NCBI GenBank assembly: GCA_052360825.1
Contig: DBJWYX010000001.1
Location: 1 to 41,695 of the forward strand
Length of the DNA: 41,695 bases
Direction: 5' to 3'
DNA from: Candidatus Wunengus sp. YC64
GTDB taxonomy: Bacteria; Planctomycetota; Brocadiia; Brocadiales; Brocadiaceae
Each line of letters starts with the position of its first letter. The first letter of the stretch is position 1. Made by a program: the position numbers and the translations under genes. Below, one piece after another: positions 18,290 through 27,821 of this stretch. The notes under the pieces were generated by a model. It saw only the letters and a program-made list of their open reading frames with translations, was not told the DNA's origin and did not search any database.

Positions 18290-19834
18290 TTAAAGTGACT
18301 GTTTATTTGTCAAGCCTTGGCTAGTATTTATTGCCTTCAGCGTATCGATGGACTCCTTATGGGTTGGGTCTATGGCAAGTTCATTTAAAAGAGCCTTTTC
18401 CGCTAAATCATAATTCCCATTTTTCAGAAAACAGAGTGCACGAGCGTAATGAAGACCCGCAATCCGTAATCCAATACTATTAGATAATGATAGTGTATTG
18501 TTAAAAGCTTTTAGGGCGGATGAATACTCTTGTGATTCATAAAATCTTGATCCTGTATTAAGCAAATAGTGAATAGCCTCTTTGCCCTGTAACTTTACCG
18601 CTTCTGTAAGGTATGGGTCAGATGCAGATATTTGTTGAGGTGTATCGTCCTTTAAGCTTAGTAAGAATTCAGCTATATCTTTTGATGGTAAATATGGCGT
18701 TCTTCTCGACAGATGTTCTTTTTGAATATTAAATGCACCGGACAATATCTCCTCAATATCAGTGACCATTTCAAATTGTAGGGGAGAGGTCAATTGTTCA
18801 TTTACTAAACCTGGTAAATCCCTTATGTCGATTGTTCTGTTGGTAGGCCACTGCAAATCATCTAGCATGATGCCACCTGATTTTACTAAAACTGTTGGTA
18901 CTTTTAATAAAAACGCCTCTGCTGCCGTTGTAGAACCATAGTGGAAAAAGATGCCGCATTTCTGCATAACACTTGCAATGCTTACCGGGTCTGACAAATA
19001 GACAATGTTGGGATAATTTTCAAATTCTCTATAGCGATCAGTTCCTTTTCGAGCGTTAACAATATTTTCCGTCGGGTGGCTTTTAATAATAAATAAAATA
19101 TCTGAGTTATTTTTCGCAGTTTCAACAATAGTTTTTATCCATAGATCCCTCAATTGCGCAGTTTGTTCAGATAAGAGTATTTTTTGTGCCAGTTCATACT
19201 CAAATTCATTCTTATTATTAACATCAAACAAGTCTCCCGCCCTGATTAAATCTTCCCGTGTATAATCAGCTAGTGCGAAACCTGTTACAAAAAATAAAAT
19301 ATGTTCTCTGGGGTAATGTTGTATTCTGTTTCTCAATTTCTGAGGGATATCCAGCGTATTTAAACGGTTGTTTTCAAAATAACATTCGTAATTTGGATAA
19401 CCAAATGCTTTTACCCGTTCTTTCGAAGAAATTATGCTATGTCTTACCAGGCCTTTAGCGAGTAAATCTGCGGCTTTTTTACCCCATACTAATTCGTAGT
19501 CAACAATATTATTCCCATACCGGTCCAATCCTATAAGACTTTTAAGATGTTTTTCTGAATTAAAATTTAAAATTCCTTCAGTCCTGAAACAGATGATATG
19601 GCAATTTAGTAAATATTTGATGATATAAAACGGAGTTGAGACAGGATATGCGCTAAATGGGAAGGTAAAAATGATATTTGGAGAGAATTCTAAAATTTTT
19701 GATAAAAATTGATTCTCGTGGAAATCTAGTATTTTTGTGGTTGTTTCAAGTTTTTCCTGTACCATCCATTTTATAATTTTATTCATTATTTCGAGTTCAC
19801 GCTCAGGTTTATTCAGTACAAATAAAACTCTCAT
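18290..19834 (-). CDS. 514-aa protein of uncertain function, GT-B-like / surface-carbohydrate-biosynthesis type, with C-terminal TPR
   Basis: Two Rossmann-like halves (MRVLFVLNKP...; ILFIIKSHPTEN...FFHYGSTTAAEAFLLKVPTVLV) resemble capsule-synthesis or glycerophosphotransferase-like transferases. The C-terminal TPR reads YSSALKAFNNTL...GNYDLAEKALLNELAIDP. The assignment is by eye only. Confidence 0.45.
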   Translation of the reverse strand: MRVLFVLNKPERELEIMNKIIKWMVQEKLETTTKILDFHENQFLSKILEFSPNIIFTFPFSAYPVSTPFYIIKYLLNCHIICFRTEGILNFNSEKHLKSLIGLDRYGNNIVDYELVWGKKAADLLAKGLVRHSIISSKERVKAFGYPNYECYFENNRLNTLDIPQKLRNRIQHYPREHILFFVTGFALADYTREDLIRAGDLFDVNNKNEFEYELAQKILLSEQTAQLRDLWIKTIVETAKNNSDILFIIKSHPTENIVNARKGTDRYREFENYPNIVYLSDPVSIASVMQKCGIFFHYGSTTAAEAFLLKVPTVLVKSGGIMLDDLQWPTNRTIDIRDLPGLVNEQLTSPLQFEMVTDIEEILSGAFNIQKEHLSRRTPYLPSKDIAEFLLSLKDDTPQQISASDPYLTEAVKLQGKEAIHYLLNTGSRFYESQEYSSALKAFNNTLSLSNSIGLRIAGLHYARALCFLKNGNYDLAEKALLNELAIDPTHKESIDTLKAINTSQGLTNKQSL

Positions 19835-19884
19835 ATCTATTTTCCGTGGTTATGTTTTAATAATAAATTTTATCCAGCTTTAAT

Positions 19885-19909
19885 TTCCCTTTATTTCACA
19901 TAAAGGGAA
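19885..19909. repeat. Perfect 10-bp inverted repeat (stem-loop) immediately after the stop codon of the 19913..20911 gene
   Basis: TTCCCTTTAT (19885-19894), a 5-nt loop TTCAC, then ATAAAGGGAA (19900-19909). No U-tract follows on the transcribed minus strand, so it is not a canonical intrinsic terminator. Confidence 0.5.
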
Positions 19910-19912
19910 TCA

Positions 19913-20911
19913 CTATTTGTTTCCATTTTTCCGTGCAGAAATCCACATATGTGAAGATAATCCATTATCCGATAACCATTTTTGGAAAGAATCCATGTAG
20001 ACATCTCCTTCATCAATTAATATGCGCTTTAAAAATGGTTGATTATCAAGTGATACAGCACCTTCTGTTACCTTGTTTTTTACCAATTCAGCGTCTAATT
20101 TTCCCGGAGTTTCAATTTCTAAAATTTCAAAACCAATCCTTTCCAATAGGAGAGAAATTGATTTTGGATGAAAATAGTTCAAATGATCAGGCGCGGTGGT
20201 ATTATCAGACTTGTCTTTCAATACCAACAAATCGAACCCCTTGATATTTGGCGTTGCAATAAATAAGAGGCCTCCCTCATTTAATGTTTCATAGATACCA
20301 TTCACATATTTCTTTGGATCAAACACATGTTCTATTGATTCAATGCTTGTTATGACATCTGCTTTCTTTACGTTTATGTTTTCAATAAAATCCTCAATAA
20401 CATGTAAACCTCTTTCACGGCAAGATTGGGCAGGACTTGGATTAGGTTCAACCGCAACAACCTCTTTAAATATTCCTGTTATTTTTACCTGTTCGCAAAA
20501 AGTTCCACACCCTGCACCAATATCCATAAATGATTCTGTATGAATCTTATATTTTTCACAGAGTTCAGTAATTTTCTTTATTCTTGGTGATATTAAATAT
20601 TTTACTCTTGCGTCCTCTGACCGTGGATAGACATTTTCGTTCCAAAATTTTTCAGCCAAGGATATTTTATAATGTTGAAATATCATTTCTTGAGTTGGGC
20701 GTGGACTTACAAAAACGGTTTCACATAGGGAACACCTCACAAAGGTAAAACCGTCCCTCATGTAAAATAGTTCTTTTTTATCTTTGTTGCAGGCAGGGCA
20801 GGTGACCTCCACAAAGTGGCTTTTGTTCGATAAAATATTTTCCTGATCTATTTTGTAAAGCTTTCTCCCTTCAGAACGTAAGTCATCTGCTCTAATCTCA
20901 GTTTCTCTCAT
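19913..20911 (-). CDS. Class I SAM-dependent methyltransferase with N-terminal zinc-ribbon
   Basis: CPACN...CSLCETVF four-Cys ribbon at aa 38-64, followed by the SAM motif FMDIGAGCGTF and VITSIESIEHVFDP...GGLLFIATPN. Confidence 0.75.
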   Translation of the reverse strand: MRETEIRADDLRSEGRKLYKIDQENILSNKSHFVEVTCPACNKDKKELFYMRDGFTFVRCSLCETVFVSPRPTQEMIFQHYKISLAEKFWNENVYPRSEDARVKYLISPRIKKITELCEKYKIHTESFMDIGAGCGTFCEQVKITGIFKEVVAVEPNPSPAQSCRERGLHVIEDFIENINVKKADVITSIESIEHVFDPKKYVNGIYETLNEGGLLFIATPNIKGFDLLVLKDKSDNTTAPDHLNYFHPKSISLLLERIGFEILEIETPGKLDAELVKNKVTEGAVSLDNQPFLKRILIDEGDVYMDSFQKWLSDNGLSSHMWISARKNGNK

Positions 20912-20970
20912 GTAATACCTCCCGAAGAGAAAATAAAAAAGTAAAAAGTGAAATAGAGATACATGATTAT

Positions 20971-22074
20971 TTATTCAATGGGATTTTCCATCTCCCATTC
21001 TCCAATGTGATTCCTCTTCCACATGGGACCTCTAAATATTTCTGCAACATTCCAGAATTCATCCAGTGTAATATTGATATAATCACAGAATTTTTGAATA
21101 AACTTGATTCCACACTTGCCATCGTACTGTCTTACAAGTCTTACCCCTTCTTCTCTTGTTATTCTGCCTGCCCAAATATCAGCACATGCTTCATCGGTCG
21201 CAAAACCATAACCGAGTTTCATATGTTTTAACATTTGGTTTACAATACCGGTATCATCATCAAGGGCATGATAATTCGTATAACGTCCCAGTTCGTGTGG
21301 TTCTTCATTTCTTACTTTCAAGCCACGTGCAATCGAAAACATGGCGTGGGCATGAGGCGACCATCTTTTATAGTAACCAAGGTAGACCATCTTGATACCG
21401 GCCTCTTGTATTTCTTCTTGTGAGGGATATTGATAAGGCAGCAAGTCATTTAGTATTAAGTCTTCACAAAGCAGATGCGATGCGTTTCCTGACCAGCCAA
21501 GGGTGTTCTGTTTATTGATGTTGAATGCGTCTCCGGCGTTTTTATCTTTACTGTCATCGTCTAAGGTAGTAGTTTCAATATCAAAAATGACTAACGGCAC
21601 TTTATAAAAAAGAGCGGCTCTTACGGGTGTCGCATAGAGGGCATATTCTGAAGGCTTTACAGGATTTCCCCATTTATAAAATGCCATTTTTGCCAGTTTT
21701 CTGCATACCTTTGGATTCGATCTGAACATAAAACAATCAAAACCCATTTCCTGTAAATTATTTAAATTATGCCTTCCTATTTCTGTTATCTTATCAGGTG
21801 CCATATTCGCCAGTAAAACCCTCAATCCTAATTCATCTCTGGCAAAAAGCGCCATATAGGTGCTATCCTTTCCGCCACTAACGCCGACTACACAATCATA
21901 TTGGGCGTTTTTTCTCCTGGCATCCTCAGCTATTTTCAGAAGTTGTTTTTTCCTCGCATCCCAATCAACCTTATCAAGCGACCTATAATATCTGCAAAAA
22001 TTGCAAACACCCTTTTCATCAAAATTAATTCCCGCCCTTGTATCTGGTAAAACACAATTCTTACAGTATTTCAT
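20971..22074 (-). CDS. N-acetyl sugar amidotransferase (PP-loop ATP pyrophosphatase, PseA/WbpG/WbuX type)
   Basis: N-terminal CKNCVLPDT...CNFCRYY zinc ribbon, followed by the PP-loop VVGVSGGKDSTYMA. Length and layout are typical of the acetamidino-forming amidotransferases found in nonulosonic acid and O-antigen loci. Confidence 0.85.
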   Translation of the reverse strand: MKYCKNCVLPDTRAGINFDEKGVCNFCRYYRSLDKVDWDARKKQLLKIAEDARRKNAQYDCVVGVSGGKDSTYMALFARDELGLRVLLANMAPDKITEIGRHNLNNLQEMGFDCFMFRSNPKVCRKLAKMAFYKWGNPVKPSEYALYATPVRAALFYKVPLVIFDIETTTLDDDSKDKNAGDAFNINKQNTLGWSGNASHLLCEDLILNDLLPYQYPSQEEIQEAGIKMVYLGYYKRWSPHAHAMFSIARGLKVRNEEPHELGRYTNYHALDDDTGIVNQMLKHMKLGYGFATDEACADIWAGRITREEGVRLVRQYDGKCGIKFIQKFCDYINITLDEFWNVAEIFRGPMWKRNHIGEWEMENPIE

Positions 22075-22142
22075 TATTGGTTCCTTTTATTTTGCATTCA
22101 ACCTATAGGGATTAAGTTAATTATGTGAAAAAGATTACGGTC

Positions 22143-22964
22143 CTATTTTTTCACTATTACCACACAAAGAACTCCATTTTCCTTATATTCATTACCTGGG
22201 ATATGTTCTGGAAAATTGACAGATACAGACACCTCTTGCCAGCCCAAAGAACTATCATGTTTGTAAATATATTCATATATTGTGGTGCCTGCAGGCATAC
22301 TTGATTTAATTTGATTCCATTTGTTTTCATTGTATTCTAAATGCATTGCATAACGCCCCTTGGAATCTTTTGTCGAAAAAACACCACCGCTTCCAAAAGG
22401 GACAGTAAGGATAAGTTTCCCCCCAGGACGAAGAATACGCATCATTTCTCGTACGGCCTTTTCATCTTCTTTACAATCATAAAGTGCTGGGAAAGAACCA
22501 TAATCAAGTGTAGGACGATCAAATACCGTATGAGGTGATTCAAGATACTTATCAAAACCTAAATGTTCTAATACAGATACACATAATACAACATCAAAGG
22601 TGTCAGTTTTGTAAGAACAAAACCTGATATCCTGGCAAGAAAAGCGGATAGAGTTTATTAAGTTTTGATCAAATTTTACAAAACGATTATGTACACGGTT
22701 AAAAGGAACAATATCACAAGCGTAGAGTTCTCTCTTTTGCTCAATAAGTGACAGTAAACCATAAAAATACGATGGATCAGCAAGGGAGGTTCCTATATCA
22801 ACAATTTTTCTTTCTTTTCCGATTGATGAAAATACAAAAGGAATTTCCACACACCGCTCTGATTCACCAGGAAAATATGGTTTATTACGGGAAATCCGAA
22901 AGGGTTCGCGGCTTTCTAAATAACGTTGTATATTTCCATATTTATTAGTGTGCATATGACCCAC
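22143..22964 (-). CDS. Class I SAM-dependent methyltransferase
   Basis: KIVDIGTS... motif I, then FDVVLCVSVLEHLGFD and ILRPGGKLILTVPFG (Methyltransf_11-like). It overlaps the upstream gene by 20 nt. Confidence 0.7.
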   Translation of the reverse strand: MGHMHTNKYGNIQRYLESREPFRISRNKPYFPGESERCVEIPFVFSSIGKERKIVDIGTSLADPSYFYGLLSLIEQKRELYACDIVPFNRVHNRFVKFDQNLINSIRFSCQDIRFCSYKTDTFDVVLCVSVLEHLGFDKYLESPHTVFDRPTLDYGSFPALYDCKEDEKAVREMMRILRPGGKLILTVPFGSGGVFSTKDSKGRYAMHLEYNENKWNQIKSSMPAGTTIYEYIYKHDSSLGWQEVSVSVNFPEHIPGNEYKENGVLCVVIVKK

Positions 22965-24588
22965 TCAACATTACGTCAATATCATACTCAAACTGTTTTA
23001 AATAATATGTCCAATCTGTTCCGTTATTTTCTCTTATGGCATCTTTTGCAAATTTGAGATACTCAATCCTCTGGTCTTTTCTTTTTTGTAATCGCATTAC
23101 TTCAGAAAGGCCTAATAAGGCAAAAACGTGGTTTGGGGCCATATCGAGTACATATCGAAAATCACGTTCAGCCTGCTGAAGTGAATGGTTTGTGCCTATT
23201 TTTAAATTGCGGTTATTGACAAAGTTCGACTTTAAGTTTGCCCTATAATTTAACTTGTTCAGTTCTTCTGATGTGTAATCAATGTGTTTCATGTCAGGCG
23301 AAAAATAGTTCTCGCCATAATGTATATCAAAGTCTTCGATTAACCTTCTCTCCTTGCTGTAAGTATACAGATCAGAACCTGGAAAAGGTTGAAAGCAATA
23401 AAAACATTTCCAATCAAGATCCAATGAATCTGCATAGTCAATAGTTTGTTTCACACTTGCCAGATCTTCAAAGGGAAATCCGACAATAAAGAAACCGATT
23501 GCCACTGCGTTACCATATTTCCTGATAAGCTTGATGGTATTTTCCGTTTCCTCAATCGTGAGTGGTTTCTTTACACTCTTGAGAGTATCATTCGAGCCAG
23601 ATTCAATCGCTAAATTGAACAAGCCAATGCCACTTTCATACATCATCTGAATAACGTTATCATCATTTATTGTGCGAATCGAGAGACCGCCGCCGGATAT
23701 CCACGTAATATTTAATTTTTTAAGCTCGGTTAAGAATTCAATGAGCCAGCTTTTATTGATGCTGATATTCTCGTCATTGAATACGACAGTATTTACATTA
23801 TATGAGTCTTTCAGGTAACGGATCTCATCAATCACGTTTGATATATTCCGTTTCCGCCAGCGTCTTTTCCAAAAACTGGAAGATGAGCAAAAGGTGCATG
23901 CATTGGGGCAACCTCTGGTTGCAGTTACGGTCGCGAGTTTTATTTCTTCCTTCTTCTTAATGCGGTATAAAACGTTTCTACCCTCACGAAAATAATAGTG
24001 AAAAAGTGTGTCCTCCCATGGGAGGCGTTTGACATTGGCAAATCCTTCCCAAAAAGTGCGTCTGGGGGTCTTTATAATATTTTCACCATTTTTAAATGCT
24101 ACCCCTTCGACATCCTTAAGTATTTTTTGATCATTTAAGGCATCTATGAGATCTGAAAAACCCAGTTCCCCCTCAGAAAGTATTGCATAATCAATATTAC
24201 TATCGGAAAGGCATTTGTCGGTTAAATGAGTAGGGTAGTGTCCACCGAAGACGACAAGAATATTTGAGTTAATATTTTTAATATGTTCTGCAAGTAAATG
24301 AAATACATTGATACTTGAGTAGTACAGTGTTGATATTGCAATGAGATCTGGTCGAAAGTCATTAATATGGGTTTTAAGAGTATCAACAATATTCATTTTT
24401 GATATGAACTTCATTTCAATATTCAAATCAACAAACTTAACTTCTAAATCACCCCTGTTTTTCATGAATGAATAAACATAAAGCAATCCCAGCGGGGGTT
24501 CATAATACGCATAGCCAGCAGAAGTGTTATTTTCTATCAATGATGGATCAGGGGGATTTAGAAATAATATTTTTCGAATCTTAACCAT
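22945..24588 (-). CDS. Cobalamin-binding-domain (class B) radical SAM enzyme, 547 aa, with TPR-like C-terminal tail
   Basis: The N-terminal B12-type Rossmann region reads ILVVFGGHYPT...DYAILSEGELGF. CX3CX2C is at RGCPNACTFC. The C-terminal helical repeat reads AERDFRYVLDMAPNHVFALLGLSEV. Confidence 0.85.
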   Translation of the reverse strand: MVKIRKILFLNPPDPSLIENNTSAGYAYYEPPLGLLYVYSFMKNRGDLEVKFVDLNIEMKFISKMNIVDTLKTHINDFRPDLIAISTLYYSSINVFHLLAEHIKNINSNILVVFGGHYPTHLTDKCLSDSNIDYAILSEGELGFSDLIDALNDQKILKDVEGVAFKNGENIIKTPRRTFWEGFANVKRLPWEDTLFHYYFREGRNVLYRIKKKEEIKLATVTATRGCPNACTFCSSSSFWKRRWRKRNISNVIDEIRYLKDSYNVNTVVFNDENISINKSWLIEFLTELKKLNITWISGGGLSIRTINDDNVIQMMYESGIGLFNLAIESGSNDTLKSVKKPLTIEETENTIKLIRKYGNAVAIGFFIVGFPFEDLASVKQTIDYADSLDLDWKCFYCFQPFPGSDLYTYSKERRLIEDFDIHYGENYFSPDMKHIDYTSEELNKLNYRANLKSNFVNNRNLKIGTNHSLQQAERDFRYVLDMAPNHVFALLGLSEVMRLQKRKDQRIEYLKFAKDAIRENNGTDWTYYLKQFEYDIDVMLSGSYAH

Positions 24589-24611
24589 ATCATTTATTAG
24601 TCGTTATACTC

Positions 24612-26255
24612 TTAACATAAGCTGAAGTTTATTTTTTCTTTAATATCTCTTTCAAAGAGATTTAAGTAGTTACCCCAAAAATAATTACTTTTAAAAATAT
24701 TATTTGCCTCATTATAATAATGCGTTGCTTGTTCTTTATTTCCTAAATTATCAAATGAATATCCTAAAAATAATAACCCAAAAGCATGATTAGGAACCAT
24801 CGTGATGACATTGTTGAAATCTTTGATGGCAAGATTGTAGTCTTGTTGTTTTAACGCATAATTTTCAATAAAGTTAATTTTAAGGTTATTGTAGTAATTA
24901 CAATCACTAAGCCAGTCTTTATCAAAGGATGGGGTAGTTAATATACTTGTGCTTTGAAGGTCTTTATAATTTATTTTTTTATTATTTATATACCCTTCTT
25001 TTATGCAATAGTCATATAAATCTGTTTTAGGAAAAGGTGAAAAAATATTTAAACTTACCCAGTTTACTTCAAGAGAGCTTGCAAAATCATATGTTTGTTG
25101 AATATCTTCTTTTGTCTCAAAGGGAAATCCTACAATAAACGAGGCCCCAATATATACTTCTTCATATTGTCTTAAATTATCAATTGCGTCTTGCACTATG
25201 TTCAAGGTCAAGGGCTTTTTTATTCTTTTAAGAGTATTGTTACAACCCGATTCAATTGCCAGGGAAAATAACTTATATCCTGATTCAACCATTTTTTTTA
25301 CCATATTTTTATTCGTTAAAGATTTTACATTTTCACCGGTTGACCCCCAATATTTAATAGGTCTTTCTTTGATTAGATAATCACAGATATCAATTACACG
25401 CTCTGAATTATGTGTAAATAAATCATCATTAATTTTAATGAAATTTATATTATATTTCTTTTTTAGATATCTAATCTCTTCTAAAACATTTTCGGCACTA
25501 CGGTATCTAATTTGGCCCCATACTTTTTTCGTAGCACAAAATCCACATTGAAATATACAGCCTCTTGATGAAACAATACTAATGGGTTTCTGATTATCCA
25601 TTATTTTTTGGTAGGAATTTCTTGCAAGTTCCCCGTAAAGATGAACGGGAAGATCTTCTAAATCAGGGAAAGGTAATTCGTCCAGATTCTGTATTTTTTC
25701 TTCCATGGGATTGACAATAGTTTTTCCTTTATCTCTATAGACAATTCCTTTTACATTGGATAATGGTATGTTATGGATAAACGCTTTTATAAGATTGTAA
25801 AAAACAATTTCACCTTCTGACAGCACAACTATATCCAAATTTACATCTTCCATAGCACATTCACTATCAAGTGTTGGATATGAGCCACCCATTACGGTTA
25901 TAATGTCTTTGTTTACATCCTTACATAATGCTATTGCTTTATGTGCCTGACCAACTACAGCATGAGAGAAAGCACTAATGCCTACAATATCAGGGTTAAA
26001 ATCTTCAATTTTCTTTTCTACCCTCCGCCATAAAATGTCCATATTGGCTTTATTATCACAAAACGTAATATATTGAATAGCATCAATATTTGAATCATAT
26101 ATCTCAATTTCTATTTCAGGAAGTTTACTTTTAACATATGATTTAATATAAGCTAAGCCCAATGGAAGTTCGGCGTCCCCTCCCTTTTTCAATATTTTTT
26201 CGTTATCATATTTACCTTCATAGGTATTGAATGGAAGTATTAGTAGTATTTTCAT
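24612..26255 (-). CDS. Cobalamin-binding-domain (class B) radical SAM enzyme, 547 aa, tandem paralog of 22945..24588
   Basis: IITVMGGSYPT...DIVVLSEGEIVF, CX3CX2C at RGCIFQCGFC, and the shared block LAIESG.NNTLKRIKKPLT / FIVGFPFE. The C-terminal tail reads AIKDFNNVITMVPNHAFGLLFLGYS. It is the same length as its neighbour. Confidence 0.85.
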   Translation of the reverse strand: MKILLILPFNTYEGKYDNEKILKKGGDAELPLGLAYIKSYVKSKLPEIEIEIYDSNIDAIQYITFCDNKANMDILWRRVEKKIEDFNPDIVGISAFSHAVVGQAHKAIALCKDVNKDIITVMGGSYPTLDSECAMEDVNLDIVVLSEGEIVFYNLIKAFIHNIPLSNVKGIVYRDKGKTIVNPMEEKIQNLDELPFPDLEDLPVHLYGELARNSYQKIMDNQKPISIVSSRGCIFQCGFCATKKVWGQIRYRSAENVLEEIRYLKKKYNINFIKINDDLFTHNSERVIDICDYLIKERPIKYWGSTGENVKSLTNKNMVKKMVESGYKLFSLAIESGCNNTLKRIKKPLTLNIVQDAIDNLRQYEEVYIGASFIVGFPFETKEDIQQTYDFASSLEVNWVSLNIFSPFPKTDLYDYCIKEGYINNKKINYKDLQSTSILTTPSFDKDWLSDCNYYNNLKINFIENYALKQQDYNLAIKDFNNVITMVPNHAFGLLFLGYSFDNLGNKEQATHYYNEANNIFKSNYFWGNYLNLFERDIKEKINFSLC

Positions 26256-26350
26256 TAAAGTTCTTTCTAAAGTTATTATAGATTTTTCAGCATGACATTA
26301 ATTTTTACTCTGCATAGTTACGAATTGACGGATAATTTATTATTTATTAG

Positions 26351-27766
26351 TTAGGTGACAGCCTTCCAATTCTTTGCTATGTAATTCAAAATAATCTGGT
26401 ATTTTGAATTAGTTGAATCATATTTGAGACTTCTTAATAATAAATGTACATTTTTTAACAGATGAAATAATTTATTAGGGGGGAGCTTTAAAAGATAAAG
26501 GATTGGTTTTTCAAATATTGGGTACTTAATCAGATAATAAAATAATTTATCGACATTAATTAACCTGTTAATGTTGTCTTGTCGAATGAGTGATGCATTT
26601 TTGTTTAAGTTACTTATTTCATTTAAAGTTGGTTCATGGTCAAGATAGCCATTTTTTACGGAATCTCTTGTTAGTGACAGACCGGGGTAGGGGATTAAAA
26701 CATTAGAGTGATAGGTGTTTGCCTTCAGTTTCCTACACAGACGAATGGTATCCATTGCTTGGTCTATCGTTTCGCCTGGCCAGCCAAAAATGATATCCGC
26801 CCCAACACGGATTTTGTATTTATGGCAAAGGTGAAAAGCTGCTTCAATCTGTTCATTTGACATCTGTCTTCCTGCGATATTTTTCCGAATTGATGGATTA
26901 CCTGATTGAATGCCAAATGTGATTCTGTCACAGCCAGATTCCTTCATGAGCAAGATGAATTCTTCATCAATATTTTCTATACGGCAATTGCATAAAAAGG
27001 GGGGGAGTTTGCGGTTTTTATATTCCTCTAAAAAGGGTTTGAGCCATTTCTTATGGGCATTGAATGTACCGTCTTGAAAATGAACCCACTTTAGTCCATA
27101 GGTATTTTTCACATATTCAATTTCACGAAAGACTGATTCTGTATCTCTCATGCGCCAATATATTTCATCATAAAATTTCTTTAATTCTGTATTGTAGCAA
27201 AAAGTACAACTATAAGCACATCCTCGAGATATAATAAAGTTTTTAGTATCATTATCTGCCAGATCACGGTATTTGTAATATAAGTCTCTGTCGGGGTCGG
27301 GCAAGACATTTAAATCAGAGGTAAGTTTTATATTATTGTTTATAAATATGTTGTCATTGGCTTCACGATATCCTATTCCCGGCACATTTTTTAATGATTC
27401 ACCATTGTTACATAATTGTAAAAAAAGGGGGAGTGTGTATTCACCATCGCCTCGAAGGACAAAGTCCACCTGAGTATTTTTAATGATCTCAGGGAAAATG
27501 AGTGTAAATGGGCCCCCCACAACCGTTTTGGATTTAGGCAGACATTGTTTCAGCCTTGAAAAGGACTCAAGCATGAATGACTCTTCACCAATAAAAAGAC
27601 TGTAAAGGATATAATCAGGCTGAAATGTAATTATCCGATCATAAAAATGAGGCTCTAAATTTTTTATGAAGATATCACACGCAACATCGATTTCTTTTAG
27701 GCATCCTGAAAGTTGTTGGACGCCAATTTTTTCATATGCGTCACGTTGAATAAATGCGACTTTCAT
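26351..27766 (-). CDS. Cobalamin-binding-domain (class B) radical SAM enzyme, 471 aa, more divergent
   Basis: N-terminal TVVGGPFTLIFPE...DFVLRGDGEYT and CX3CX2C at RGCAYSCTFC. Radical SAM core blocks are ITFGIQSGNPSIRK and IIFGWPGET. Confidence 0.8.
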   Translation of the reverse strand: MKVAFIQRDAYEKIGVQQLSGCLKEIDVACDIFIKNLEPHFYDRIITFQPDYILYSLFIGEESFMLESFSRLKQCLPKSKTVVGGPFTLIFPEIIKNTQVDFVLRGDGEYTLPLFLQLCNNGESLKNVPGIGYREANDNIFINNNIKLTSDLNVLPDPDRDLYYKYRDLADNDTKNFIISRGCAYSCTFCYNTELKKFYDEIYWRMRDTESVFREIEYVKNTYGLKWVHFQDGTFNAHKKWLKPFLEEYKNRKLPPFLCNCRIENIDEEFILLMKESGCDRITFGIQSGNPSIRKNIAGRQMSNEQIEAAFHLCHKYKIRVGADIIFGWPGETIDQAMDTIRLCRKLKANTYHSNVLIPYPGLSLTRDSVKNGYLDHEPTLNEISNLNKNASLIRQDNINRLINVDKLFYYLIKYPIFEKPILYLLKLPPNKLFHLLKNVHLLLRSLKYDSTNSKYQIILNYIAKNWKAVT

Positions 27767-27821
27767 ATATGATATCCTGAGTAATATATAATTCCTTTAG
27801 ATGGGATTGTTGTTTTTATGC

